Source: Octopus vulgaris (lineage: Eukaryota). From it: 64,000 nt of DNA. Of this stretch, positions 1-11,720 are shown piece by piece. Position numbers and translations under genes: made by a program. The notes beneath the pieces are model-generated. The model was not told the origin of the DNA and did not search any database. It worked only from the letters and a program-made list of their open reading frames with translations. The stretch covers positions 49,848,001 through 49,912,000 of the forward strand of contig OX597819.1 in NCBI GenBank assembly GCA_951406725.2. Reading direction: 5' to 3'. Each line of letters opens with the position of its first letter. The stretch's first letter is position 1.

Positions 1-298
1 CGCTTCAAGACCAGTTAGTGCAACAGCCTGGGTTTCAGGGGCCCACAGCTTTTTAATATTCTTCCAAAGAGCCTGAGGAACCTGCACAAAGTAGATGTAG
101 AGGTTTTTAAATCAAAGCTGGACCTCTTCCTGTAGAGAGTCCCAGATGAATCTACCTCACGTCAAGAGGTGCAAATAAGGGTAGCTACATCAAACCCCAT
201 TCTTCACCAAGTGCCACATACTAGAGAAGGCTCTCAGTAATAACAGTGTAGCAAAGCGGTGGTGCATCAGCATGGCCGCAGCTCTGAGCTGAAATTAG
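1..298 (+). mobile_element. 3' end of a CR1-like LINE (decayed ORF2 C-terminus plus 3' tail)
   Basis: Frame 1 reads RFKTS*CNSLGFRGPQLFNILPKSLRNL..VFKSKLDLFL*RVPDE..ATSNPILHQV, typical of CR1-group ORF2 ends. The tail gcggtggtgcatcagcatggccgcagctctgagctgaaa (256-294) recurs at about 22560. Confidence 0.75.
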
Positions 299-324
299 AG
301 ATAATATATATATACGTACTTATA

Positions 325-1092
325 ATAAGGGATGACCACTAAGTGGACATCCAATATACTAGAAGAAGATCATCTACGATCTAACTACAAAAAAAAAAAG
401 AATGTTCTTTATAGACATTCAGCAAACACCAGAACAAAAGTGGGTAAGAAAGATGAAAATACAAAAAATACAGAATTAATTGACGATATTTACTTACATA
501 ATCATCGTCCGTGGACTCTTCACTACTATCGTTCCAATTCATTATAATTTATAGAACTATACACAAGTTGTCCTCATAAAATTAGATGTGTGTATAGTTC
601 TACCGATTACATTGGGGTTATTTTCAAATGTCTAAGTTCTGTCGCGCTAAATCCCGGAAACAGTTCCGCAGTAGATAATGTTTGAGAACATAATTATTTA
701 AAATTTAAATAATGAGGGTGATAAAATGAATACTAATTTAATTAACATCAATTTAAAACTAGTAGCCTAGTATATAGAAAAATCTGAAAATTCTGAAAAA
801 AACCGGTCTACGATTAATTTTGTATTTTGTATATTTTCATCTGTCTTACCCGCTTTTGTTCTGGTGTTTTCTGAATTTCTCTAGAGAACATTCTTTTCTT
901 TGTAGTTAGATCGTAGATGATCTTCATCTAGCATATTGGATGTCCACTTAGTGGTCATCCCTTATTACTCGCATGTATTACAATTTTTCTGAATTTTCAG
1001 ATTTTTCTAAATGTTGGGCTACTGGATTTAAATTGATCTTAATTAAATTAGTATTCAATTATTTAAATTACCCTCATTATTTAAATTTTATA
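325..1092. repeat. Fold-back repeat (Penelope/retrozyme-like), decayed relative of 55476-56310
   Basis: About 810-967 is the reverse complement of 325-485, and about 985-1090 is the reverse complement of 695-795. Shares aggatgaccac..gtggaca..ctagaa and gtccgt..tcttca..agaacta with 55476-55730. Bounded by (TA)n. Confidence 0.7.
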
Positions 1093-1233
1093 AATATATA
1101 TATATATATATCAACAATAAAGGAACGGCCATAATAGGCCATTCACCCACTAGAAATAACAGCCAAAGCTTCAACCGCAAATAAAAGTTAATTCAGTAAA
1201 CCAGGAGAAAATTTAAAAAACATTTACCCTGTA

Positions 1234-1340
1234 ATTTCTTATACGATATACCGTTTCATCTGCTGATTAATGGTAAACTAACCTGATTAAATTAAATCAA
1301 GCCAATCTTCCACAGGCCCTCAGATTCATCAGTAAGAAAT
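1234..1340 (-). ncRNA. Type I hammerhead ribozyme (492-bp unit, copy 1)
   Basis: Minus strand reads ATTTCTTA-CTGATGA-ATCTG...CAGAT-GAAA-CGGTATATCG-TA-TAAGAAAT: 8-bp stem I, 5-bp stem II base, short stem III, GUA site. Confidence 0.9.
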
Positions 1341-1725
1341 AGCCCAAGACGGAACAGATATTTTCACGAGGCATTTCCGACGTTGCCAAGTTTATATCTG
1401 ACCTAAAATTTTCAAATCGTCGCACTCGCGCCAAATTTATCGGCAGCAAATAAATATAAGCCGTCGATTCCATTACGGAATTAACCAGAAAATTCATAAT
1501 TAATCAATATAGGGTGGCAAAAAAATTTTGTAGAATTCTTTTGCCACCAGCGGCCTAGTAGGAAAAAATTAAAATAGTCATAGACCATTTTTAAGTTCAA
1601 CATCAACAATAAAGGAACGGCCATAATAGGCCATTCACCCACTAGAAATAACAGCCAAAGCTTCAACCGCAAATAAAAGTTAATTCAGTAAACCAGGAGA
1701 AAATTTTAAAAACATTTACCCTGTA

Positions 1726-1832
1726 ATTTCTTATACGATATACCGTTTCATCTGCTGATTAATGGTAAACTAACCTGATTAAATTAAATCAAGCCAATCT
1801 TCCACAGGCCCTCAGATTCATCAGTAAGAAAT
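1726..1832 (-). ncRNA. Type I hammerhead ribozyme (492-bp unit, copy 2)
   Basis: Same motif as 1234-1340; tcatcag at 1818-1824. Confidence 0.9.
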
Positions 1833-2217
1833 AGCCCAAGACGGAACAGATATTTTCACGAGGCATTTCCGACGTTGCCAAGTTTATATCTGACCTAAAA
1901 TTTTCAAATCGTCGCACTCGCGCCAAATTTATCGGCAGCAAATAAATATAAGCCGTCGATTCCATTACGGAATTAACCAGAAAATTCATAATTAATCAAT
2001 ATAGGGTGGCAAAAAAAATTTTGTAGAATTCTTTTGCCACCAGCGGCCTAGTAGGAAAAAATTAAAATAGTCATAGACCATTTTTAAGTTCAACATCAAC
2101 AATAAAGGAACGGCCATAATAGGCCATTCACCCACTAGAAATAACAGCCAAAGCTTCAACCGCAAATAAAAGTTAATTCAGTAAACCAGGAGAAAATTTA
2201 AAAACATTTACCCTGTA

Positions 2218-2324
2218 ATTTCTTATACGATATACCGTTTCATCTGCTGATTAATGGTAAACTAACCTGATTAAATTAAATCAAGCCAATCTTCCACAGG
2301 CCCTCAGATTCATCAGTAAGAAAT
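2218..2324 (-). ncRNA. Type I hammerhead ribozyme (492-bp unit, copy 3)
   Basis: Same motif; tcatcag at 2310-2316. Confidence 0.9.
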
Positions 2325-2709
2325 AGCCCAAGACCGAACAGATATTTTCACGAGGCATTTCCGACGTTGCCAAGTTTATATCTGACCTAAAATTTTCAAA
2401 TCGTCGCACTCGCGCCAAATTTATCGGCAGCAAATAAATATAAGCCGTCGATTCCATTACGGAATTAACCAGAAAATTCATAATTAATCAATACAGGGTG
2501 GCAAAAAAATTTTGTAGAATTTTTTTGCCACCAGCGGCCTAGTAGGAAAAAATTAAAATAGTCATAGACCATTTTTAAGTTCAACATCAACAATAAAGGA
2601 ACGGCCATAATAGGCCATTCACCCACTAGAAATAACAGCCAAAGCTTCAACCGCAAATAAAAGTTAATTCAGTAAACCAGGAGAAAATTTTAAAAACATT
2701 TACCCTGTA

Positions 2710-2816
2710 ATTTCTTATACGATATACCGTTTCATCTGCTGATTAATGGTAAACTAACCTGATTAAATTAAATCAAGCCAATCTTCCACAGGCCCTCAGA
2801 TTCATCAGTAAGAAAT
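2710..2816 (-). ncRNA. Type I hammerhead ribozyme (492-bp unit, copy 4)
   Basis: Same motif; tcatcag at 2802-2808. Confidence 0.9.
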
Positions 2817-3392
2817 AGCCCAAGACGGAACAGATATTTTCACGAGGCATTTCCGACGTTGCCAAGTTTATATCTGACCTAAAATTTTCAAATCGTCGCA
2901 CTCGCGCCAAATTTATCGGCAGCAAATAAATATAAGCCGTCGATTCCATTACGGAATTAACCAGAAAATTCATAATTAATCAATATAGGGTGGCAAAAAA
3001 AATTTTGTAGAATTTTTTTGCCACCAGCGGCCTAGTAGGAAAAAATTAAAATAGTCATAGACCATTTTTAAGTTCAACATCAACAATAAAGGAACGGCCA
3101 TAATATTATGGCCGTTCCTTTATTGTTGATGTTGAACTTAAAAATGGTCTATGACTATTTTAATTTTTTCCTACTAGGCCGCTGGTGGCAAAAAAATTCT
3201 ACAAAATTTTTTTTGCCACCCTATATTGATTAATTATGAATTTTCTGGTTAATTCCGTAATGGAATCGACGGCTTATATTTATTTGCTGCCGATAAATTT
3301 GGCGCGAGTGCGACGATTTGAAAATTTTAGGTCAGATATAAACTTGGCAACGTCGGAAATGCCTCGTGAAAATATCTGTTCCGTCTTGGGCT

Positions 3393-3499
3393 ATTTCTTA
3401 CTGATGAATCTGAGGGCCTGTGGAAGATTGGCTTGATTTAATTTAATCAGGTTAGTTTACCATTAATCAGCAGATGAAACGGTATATCGTATAAGAAAT
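3393..3499 (+). ncRNA. Type I hammerhead ribozyme (492-bp unit, inverted copy 1)
   Basis: atttctta 3393-3400, CTGATGA 3401-3407, atctg/cagat stem II, GAAAC 3476-3480, GTA 3489-3491, taagaaat 3492-3499. Confidence 0.9.
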
Positions 3500-3885
3500 T
3501 ACAGGGTAAATGTTTTTTAAATTTTCTCCTGGTTTACTGAATTAACTTTTATTTGCGGTTGAAGCTTTGGCTGTTATTTCTAGTGGGTGAATGGCCTATT
3601 ATGGCCGTTCCTTTATTGTTGATGTTGAACTTAAAAATGGTCTATGACTATTTTAATTTTTTCCTACTAGGCCGCTGGTGGCAAAAGAATTCTACAAAAT
3701 TTTTTTTGCCACCCTATATTGATTAATTATGAATTTTCTGGTTAATTCCGTAATGGAATCGACGGCTTATATTTATTTGCTGCCGATAAATTTGGCGCGA
3801 GTGCGACGATTTGAAAATTTTAGGTTAGATATAAACTTGGCAACGTCGGAAATGCCTCGTGAAAATATCTGTTCCGTCTTGGGCT

Positions 3886-3992
3886 ATTTCTTACTGATGA
3901 ATCTGAGGGCCTGTGGAAGATTGGCTTGATTTAATTTAATCAGGTTAGTTTACCATTAATCAGCAGATGAAACGGTATATCGTATAAGAAAT
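3886..3992 (+). ncRNA. Type I hammerhead ribozyme (492-bp unit, inverted copy 2)
   Basis: CTGATGA at 3894-3900; same stems as 3393-3499. Confidence 0.9.
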
Positions 3993-4218
3993 TACAGGGT
4001 AAATGTTTTTAAAATTTTCTCCTGGTTTACTGAATTAACTTTTATTTGCGGTTGAAGCTTTGGCTGTTATTTCTAGTGGGTGAATGGCCTATTATGGCCG
4101 TTCCTTTATTGTTGATGTTGAACTTAAAAATGGTCTATGACTATTTTAATTTTTTCCTACTAGGCCGCTGGTGGCAAAAAAATTCTACAAAATTTTTTTT
4201 GCAACCCTATATTGATTA

Positions 4219-4249
<31 letters not shown>

Positions 4250-4303
4250 TATTCACACACACATACATACACACACTCACGCACGCACACACACACACAC
4301 ACA

Positions 4304-4339
<36 letters not shown>

Positions 4340-4341
<2 letters not shown>

Positions 4342-4520
4342 GCTGGCAGAATCGTTGGCACAATGGACAAAATTTTAGCGGTATTTCGCCTGTCGCAGCG
4401 TTTTGAGTTCAAACTCCACCGAAGTCGACTTTGCCTTTCTTCCTTTCGGAGTCGATTCATTAAGTAGCATTTGAACACTGGGGTCGATGTAATCGACTAG
4501 GCCCCTTACCGAAATTTTCA
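4340..4520 (+). mobile_element. SINE family B (agctggcagaatcgttagca... type)
   Basis: Matches copies at 23727, 38335 and 50197; contains gagttcaaa B-box-like motif and gtcgactttgcctttc. Confidence 0.75.
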
Positions 4521-4915
4521 ACCCATGTATCTGCGCAGGTATGGCTGTGTAGTTTGCTTTCCAAATATGTGACTCTAGGATCAGTCCCACAACTTACCAC
4601 TTTGGGGATGGTTTTCTAGCCGAGCAAAACTTGTTTGCATGGATCTGACAGATAGGAGCTGAAGGAACATCGCCCTATATGTGTGTGCATGCATGTGCCT
4701 ATATATATATATATATATATATATAAGTAGTTGAATGAATTATCCTAGTATGGATAAATCGGTTAACCGATACCCGGGTAGCAAATTCACGTCAGAAAAC
4801 ATGTTTGAAGCTACATGCCAAGGGCAGAATTCACGTGCTTTCGTGTGGAAATTTGTGTGTATTTTTTAATATAAATAAATGAAAGAATGGAGTCGAACGA
4901 CGATTTAACAAAATT

Positions 4916-5010
4916 CCTTTATTCTCGACATATGTTTCGAAGACTGCATATTCTTAATTCCGAAGGAATAAAGGGTGCATTACGCCGCCTTCTCATCAGG
5001 AAAGACAAGG
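4916..5010 (-). ncRNA. Type I hammerhead ribozyme, ATAT palindromic stem III
   Basis: Minus strand: tttc-CTGATGA-gaaggc...gtcttc-GAAAC-ATAT-GTC-gaga. Confidence 0.8.
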
Positions 5011-5220
5011 AACTTACGTCAGCATCATGACGAACAAAAACTTTTAGATGACTGCCCACACGGAGTCCATAGTGATGTGATCACTATGGACTCCGTGTGG
5101 GCAGTCATCTAAAAGTTTTTGTTCGTCATGTTGCTGACGTAAGTTCCTTGTCTTTCCTGATGAGAAGGCGGCTGGGCAGTCATCTAAAAGTTTTTGTTCG
5201 TCATGATGCTGACGTAAGTT

Positions 5221-5313
5221 CCTTGTCTTTCCTGATGAGAAGGCGGCGTAATGCACCCTTTATTCCTTCGGAATAAGAATATGCAGTCTTCGAAACATAT
5301 GTCAAGAATAAAG
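5221..5313 (+). ncRNA. Type I hammerhead ribozyme, ATAT palindromic stem III
   Basis: CTGATGA 5232-5238, stem II gaaggc/gtcttc, GAAAC 5292-5296, ATAT, GTC 5301-5303. First stem I pair is mutated relative to the other arm. Confidence 0.75.
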
Positions 5314-5349
5314 AAATTTTGTTAAATCGTCGTTCGACTCCATTCCTTC

Positions 5350-5421
<72 letters not shown>

Positions 5422-5632
5422 GTCGCTGGTAAGCAAGCTACTCACCACACATATCAGTGTGCGCGCGCGTGTGTATATGCATGTGTGTGTGGATGTGTAG
5501 TAACTACTATACTTACATTCACAATCATACAAAACATTTACTTTCTCTCTCTCTCCCTTTATCTCTCTCTCTCTTTATATATATATATGTATGTATTTCC
5601 AAGTATGTATATATGTATACATGTATATTCAT

Positions 5633-5689
<57 letters not shown>

Positions 5690-5795
5690 AGTGCGTGTGA
5701 TAACTAGTACACACTCACATACATACAAAGTATTTACTTTCTCTGTCTGTCTGTCTGTCTCTCTCTATTATCTATCTATCTATTTATCTATCTAT

Positions 5796-5844
<49 letters not shown>

Positions 5845-5954
5845 AGTGCGTGTGATAACTAGTACACACTCACATACATACAAAGTATTTACTTTCTCTG
5901 TCTGTCTGTCTGTCTCTCTCTATTATCTATCTATCTATTTATCTATCTATCAAT

Positions 5955-6008
<54 letters not shown>

Positions 6009-6585
6009 CTAATGAATTTAAGAACTTTGTATTGTTGGAAAGCATATATGGTTTGCTTGGAATCTTGCTTCAAGTTCCTGGAGCTCACATCTATAACTTT
6101 ATAAGTATATTTACACTCTCTAAGATGTTTGGAAAACCTATATGAAATTTAGCTGAAGATTACTTAACATTATATTTGCTGTAATATTTGCAGCTTTAAT
6201 AAATTGTTATAGTATGAAACAATTGTACTAAACTACCGATCCATTCTTGTTGCTTATTATTTTTTGGTTATAATCACCCCACATAATTTTATGGGTAATA
6301 CCATAAAAAAATTCTGGTGCATCTAAGTTAAGTACCATATTCATTTGAATCTAAATTGTTTTGCTATATATATATATTTGTATATGTATATATACCATCA
6401 AGTAAGATAGGGGTTGTGGATCCAACCCACTAAGGGATAATACTTATCCAATATACTGTTGGTATAATACCCAAATTGTTAATACACAAGTGTTTTTAAT
6501 TGCAATGCAATATACTTACTTATTGTAGGAAATAGGTGAAGGTAGAGAAATATTTTACCATTAATTTATATTACAAAAAAAAAAA

Positions 6586-6725
6586 ATGGAGAAACACATT
6601 AGTTGGTTTATCAGCTTCAGGATATTAGAATGTTGACTTATTTATCAAAACGACAAAAGATAATCTTCTAATATCCTAAAGCTGATAAACCAACTAATGT
6701 GTTTCTCCATTTTCTTATTTGTAAT
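6586..6725. repeat. Inverted repeat with arms of about 45-60 bp
   Basis: aatggagaaacacattagttggtttatcagcttcaggatattagaa versus ttctaatatcctaaagctgataaaccaactaatgtgtttctccatt. Confidence 0.8.
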
Positions 6726-6735
6726 ATATATATAT

Positions 6736-6864
6736 ACAACTAAAAAAAAAAGGGTGTCTGAGAGACACCACCATGCCGAAATAGCAGTCAAATCCCTGAC
6801 TCTAGGGATTTGACTGCTATTTCGGCATGGTGGTGTCTCTCAGACACCCTTATTTTTAGTTGTA
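6736..6864. repeat. Near-perfect palindrome of about 125 bp
   Basis: agggtgtctgagagacaccaccatgccgaaatagcagtcaaatccct, short spacer, then its reverse complement. Confidence 0.85.
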
Positions 6865-6927
6865 AAAAATTATTACCCCTGTATGGTATTTTTTACCATG
6901 CTGGCCACTTGATAATATCGATATTAT

Positions 6928-6984
<57 letters not shown>

Positions 6985-6985
<1 letters not shown>

Positions 6986-7340
6986 TCTCTTTACTCTTTT
7001 ACTTGTTTCAGTCATTTGATTGCGGCCATGCTGGAGCACCGCCTTTAACCGAGCAACTCGACCCTGGGACTTATTCTTTGTAAGCCCAGTACTTAATCTA
7101 TCGGTCTCTTTGCCGAACCGCTAATTGACAGGGACGTAAACACACCAGCATCGGTTGTCAAGCAATGCTAGGGGGACAAACACAGACACACAAACATACA
7201 CACACATACATATATATATACATATATACGACAGGCTTCTTTCAGTTTCCGTCTAGCAAATCCACTCACAAGGCATTGGTCGGCCCGAGGCTATAGCAGA
7301 AGACACTTGCCCAAGATGCCACGCAGTGGGACTGAACCCA
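6985..7340 (-). mobile_element. SINE family A (tRNA-like head, internal microsatellite, LINE-like tail)
   Basis: Reverse complement of the full copy at 30803-31205; 5' end truncated. Confidence 0.85.
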
Positions 7341-7356
7341 TATATATATATATATT

Positions 7357-7722
7357 CTTTACTTTGTATAAATTATTTGACTGCGACCATGCTGGAGCAC
7401 CGCCTTTAGTCGTACAAATCGACCCAGGACTTATTCTTCGTAAGTCTAGCAATTATTCTATCGGTCTCTTTTGCCGAACCGCTCAGCTACGGGGGGCGTA
7501 ACCACACCAACATCGGTAGTCAAGCGATGGTGGGAGGACACAGACGCACAATCATATACATATATATGTATATATGACGGGCTTCTTTCAGTTTCCGTCG
7601 ACCAAATCAACTCACAAGGCTTTGATCGGCCCGAGGCTATAGTAGAAGACACTTGCCCAAGGAGCCACGAAGTGGGACTGAACCCGGAGCCATGTGGTTG
7701 GCAAGCAAGCTACTCACCACAC
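7357..7722 (-). mobile_element. SINE family A
   Basis: Same blocks (gctggagcaccgcc, ccgaaccgct, gggcttctttcagtttccgtc, gacacttgcccaagg). Confidence 0.85.
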
Positions 7723-7832
7723 ATATCAGTGTGTGCGCGCGTGTGTGTATGTATGTGTGTGTGTGGATGTATAGTAACTACTATACTTACATTCACAAAC
7801 ATACAAAACATTTACTTTCTCTCTCTCTCCCT

Positions 7833-7904
<72 letters not shown>

Positions 7905-8588
7905 GTATGTATTTCCAAGTATGTATACATGTATACATGTATATTCATACATATGCAACACAGACAAACCGACTAACACACATACACACAGAATAGCAAT
8001 GGTGTCTTATTTCTCCAATCCACAGCGAATTAGACCTACGTTAGCAACTGTCCCGCCCTGAGATGGTGATGATGTAAATATGTTATCACATACCATTGAA
8101 ATATCAGTGCGGTCGACGTTGGTTAGATGAAGTGCTGAAACGGTTATACATGACATCTTATCGCCTCGTAATCTACTCACACATTCATCTCTACCACCAT
8201 TTTAAGTACATACTCATGCGCACATATACACGTATTGGTACACAAATACACACACACACGTATATAAATATGTACATACATACACGCATTCATACACATA
8301 TATATATATACGTACATTCATACATACAGTGATTCATACATATAAAGTGTATATACATACATGCATGCATTTGTACATACATATATATATATATATAAGT
8401 ATATACATACATTTATACATATATAGGTGTACTACATACATAAATACATACATAGATACATATATAGATACATAGATACATACATACATAGATACATAGA
8501 TACATACATAGATACATAGATACATAGATACATACATACATACATACATACATACATACATACATACATACATACATAGATACATACA

Positions 8589-8622
<34 letters not shown>

Positions 8623-8864
8623 CATAAATGCATGCATATGTGTGTGTGTGTATGATTTATGTAGACATCTATACATGATGTTTGTGGTGAAGGGTTACTC
8701 GGCTATTATCTCTAGACGGCAGAAGCATACAAAATATGCTATCTATGGTAAGACGAGTGCCGGCCTGGAATTTTGGTTCTGATGAGAGACATTCCAATAG
8801 AACAAGACGAAAGGGAAACAGCCAGGACGTGGGAGATGAGAGTTAGATTGAAGAAGTTGGTGGA

Positions 8865-8903
<39 letters not shown>

Positions 8904-9224
8904 CGTGATTGAGAGAGACAGGTACAGAAAAAAAGAGCGAAGTAAAAAGAGCGAAAAAAGGAAGAAGAAAGAAACACGAAGTAGGCAGTCAGGAACAATA
9001 AGTCCAGAAGAAAATGGATGTTAAACGGAAGTCAAGAATTCCTTACCCACCCACCGTGTCAATTCGATACCCCTGTATTTTTGTGGAATGACTGGATTGC
9101 AAATATTTTTATACTGTAATCTTGTTGAGCCATAAAAGTAAACTGAAGTCATTTGTCTAAGAGACACCAGAATGAATTCTGAGCGCCGTTAACGCATTTG
9201 TCTTAAGTTGTTTGTTTTCACTTG

Positions 9225-9271
9225 TTATAGTCAACATTCTTTTCCGTTTATTCTAGTGTGTGTGTGTGTGA

Positions 9272-9335
<64 letters not shown>

Positions 9336-10353
9336 CGTTGGGAGAAGGAAGTGAAGGTGAAAGGAAGCAATGTGAAACATTGTAGAACAACGGGATGAGA
9401 TCTCCGGGAAAAAAAAAAAAACGTCGTAAATCTCCGTCAAGTGCCGTAGATTGTCGTGAAAGTGCCGATTTGAACACTCACGTAGTGTGGTAAACGACGA
9501 CGAAGGAGCCTCTATTACGAGGTTAGAAAAATTGCTAGAAATAGCAGCAAGATGTCTGTTTTCATCTGTTACAGTCAATATTCTTTTTGCATCTATTCTT
9601 CTGAGTGTATGTGTGTGGGTGTGGGGGGTGACGAGAGAAGGAAGTGATGATGAAAGGGAGAATGAAAAACAGTAGAACAACGAGATGATGTTACCGAAAA
9701 AATGTCGTAAATCTCCGTCAAGTAACGTAGGTTGCTGTGAAAGTGCCGGTTTAATCTCTCACGTGTTTGAGGTGAACGACGACGAACGAGAATCTACTAC
9801 AAGGTTAGAAAAACTGCTAGAAATAGCAGCAGGTTTTCTGTTTTCTCTTGTTAAAGTCAACCTTCTTTTACGTGTATTCTTCTGTGAGTGCGTGAATGTG
9901 CGTGGGTTTGTTCATGAATGTGTATATGTGTGTGTGTGTGTATGTTTGTATGCTTGTGTGTGTTTGTGTGTTCATGAATGTATATGTGTGTTTGTTTGTT
10001 TGTTTGTTTGTGTGTGTGTGTGTGTGTGGTTGGGAGAAGGATTTTTAAATAAAAGGAGAAATGTGAAACACTAGGACAGCGGGTTGAGATGTCCGAAAAA
10101 ATATTGTAAACCTCCTTCTATTTGTTCTGATAAAAGTGTCACGTGGTGAGGTGAACGATGATAAAGGAGCCTCTAATACGAGGCTGCAAAAACTGCTAGA
10201 AATAGCTGCCAAATTTCTCTCAACTTACGCGTAAAAGTGTTCTGCAAAGGAAATGAAGCATTGGACGACGTGGTCCATGATTATACCACGAGCGGGAGAA
10301 GGACGACTTTTTTTTGCATTCAGCATTCTTTGCGTCTGTTCTATGTGTTTGTA

Positions 10354-10398
<45 letters not shown>

Positions 10399-10790
10399 TG
10401 CAATGAGGAGAGTGAAAATGAAAGGAGCGCTGTAGAACAGCGAGGTGAGATTTTAGAAAAAGTCGGTAGTAAATTTTCGTCAATTGCCGTAGTCTTTATA
10501 CTAAGAGTATTGATACTAATTTTAAGATCTCTTGTGAGGGCAGAGAAACAACGATTAAGAGACCCCTATAAGGTTACAAAATCTGCTAGAAATAGCAGCC
10601 AAATTTCTCTCAATTTTCCTATAAAGAGAATGAAAGAATTATACAACGAAGTCCATGATATTCTATGATTCAAAGAAGGACGAGATGTCTATAGTTGGAA
10701 TGTTTTCACTAATGCATCTGCTCTTGTGAGACAGTAGAATTGCAGTCATTTGCACTGCTAGAAATCGCAGCCAAATATTCTTTTGCAAAA
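9225..10790 (+). repeat. Degenerate tandem array of units about 280-390 bp long with (GT)n inserts
   Basis: Recurrent gtgaacgacga..aaggagcctc..gagg..ctgctagaaatagcagc near 9535, 9817, 10196, 10586 and 10758; tgtagaacaacg and aaatctccgtcaag also repeat. Confidence 0.7.
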
Positions 10791-11164
10791 AAAAAGAAAC
10801 AAAAAAACCTACAAAGAAAAGCAACTGGATAATCACGTCTAGAAAGCTTTTGATTACACGTTCGCTCAGGTAGAGCAGTGAAGTTAGACAGGAGGAACAG
10901 CAACAAGGACTAAATCAACAACAATTACATCTCTTTCAATGGAACAAACAAGATTCGTACTCCTTCGGGCACACGTGACACAACCGTCCCACCTTTTCTC
11001 ATTACTTATGTCTCACCCTCCTCCTAGTGGTAGTAGTAGTAGTAGCAGCAGCAGCAACGACAACAACAGTTACCAACACAGGATGACTATGATAATAACG
11101 ATGACAATGATATGGTGATCACGACCATGATGATGATGATGATGATGATCTTTAAATTTTTCTG

Positions 11165-11313
11165 TCTTGTTTTATGACTGATTGTTGCTGTTGCTGACCC
11201 CAGAGCTTATTCTTTGTAAGACTAGATCGGTCTCTTTTGCCGAACCGCTAAGCTACATGGACGTAAACTCACCAACCTCGGTTGTCAAGCGATGTTGGGG
11301 GAGACAAACACAC

Positions 11314-11394
<81 letters not shown>

Positions 11395-11478
11395 TACGAC
11401 GGGCTTCTTTCCAAATCTACCAAATCCACTCACAAGGCTTTGGTCGGCACGAGGCTACAGTAGAAGACACTTGCCCAG
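11165..11478 (-). mobile_element. SINE family A (partial)
   Basis: cttattctttgtaag..gccgaaccgctaag..gtagaagacacttgccca. Confidence 0.8.
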
Positions 11479-11720
11479 TGTTTGTTTACATTTGCTGGAT
11501 GCAAACCATCTTGTCCTTGTTTCCAAAGCATATCATGTATAACCTCCTTTTTTCCAGTTTTAAGACCGTTTTGAGATAGATCCGGCTACTACTCTTAGCA
11601 GGCCAAAAGATTCTTATCTCTTCGTTTAGCCCGTTTTTACAACTGTTTTTTTATATTTGCGGGAATACAAAGATAGTGGCCACATGTTGATATCAAGGAG
11701 AGTCATAATGAAGAACTGGA

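Larger units (their letters stand above)
1110..4219. repeat. 492-bp tandem repeat array (about 4 copies, then about 2.3 inverted copies), retrozyme-like
   Basis: Unit start atcaacaataaagg at 1110 recurs at 1602 and onward every 492-493 bp. Orientation flips at 3104/3105. Both ends abut (TA)n. Confidence 0.97.
4872..5352. repeat. Palindromic hammerhead-bearing repeat (Penelope/retrozyme-like)
   Basis: 4872-5075 is inverted against 5080-5352, centred on ccatagtgat-gtg-atcactatgg. An internal duplication of about 75 bp lies at 5099-5172. Confidence 0.85.

Noticed and set aside
3097-3112. TAATATTAT at the palindrome axis resembling the geminivirus/CRESS origin nonamer TAATATTAC
   Set aside because: It is created by the inversion itself, the intact unit reads ataata, and there is no viral Rep ORF in the window.
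1297-3929. Repeated 66-aa and 63-aa ORFs in the 492-bp array
   Set aside because: They recur only because the DNA unit repeats, show no recognisable domain and are not preserved in the 447-bp homolog, whereas the RNA structure is.
5430-7950. Duplicated blocks (5430-5635 versus 7703-7950; 5687-5800 versus 5843-5955) as a functional repeat system
   Set aside because: They look like ordinary local duplications of a SINE end with microsatellite flanks.
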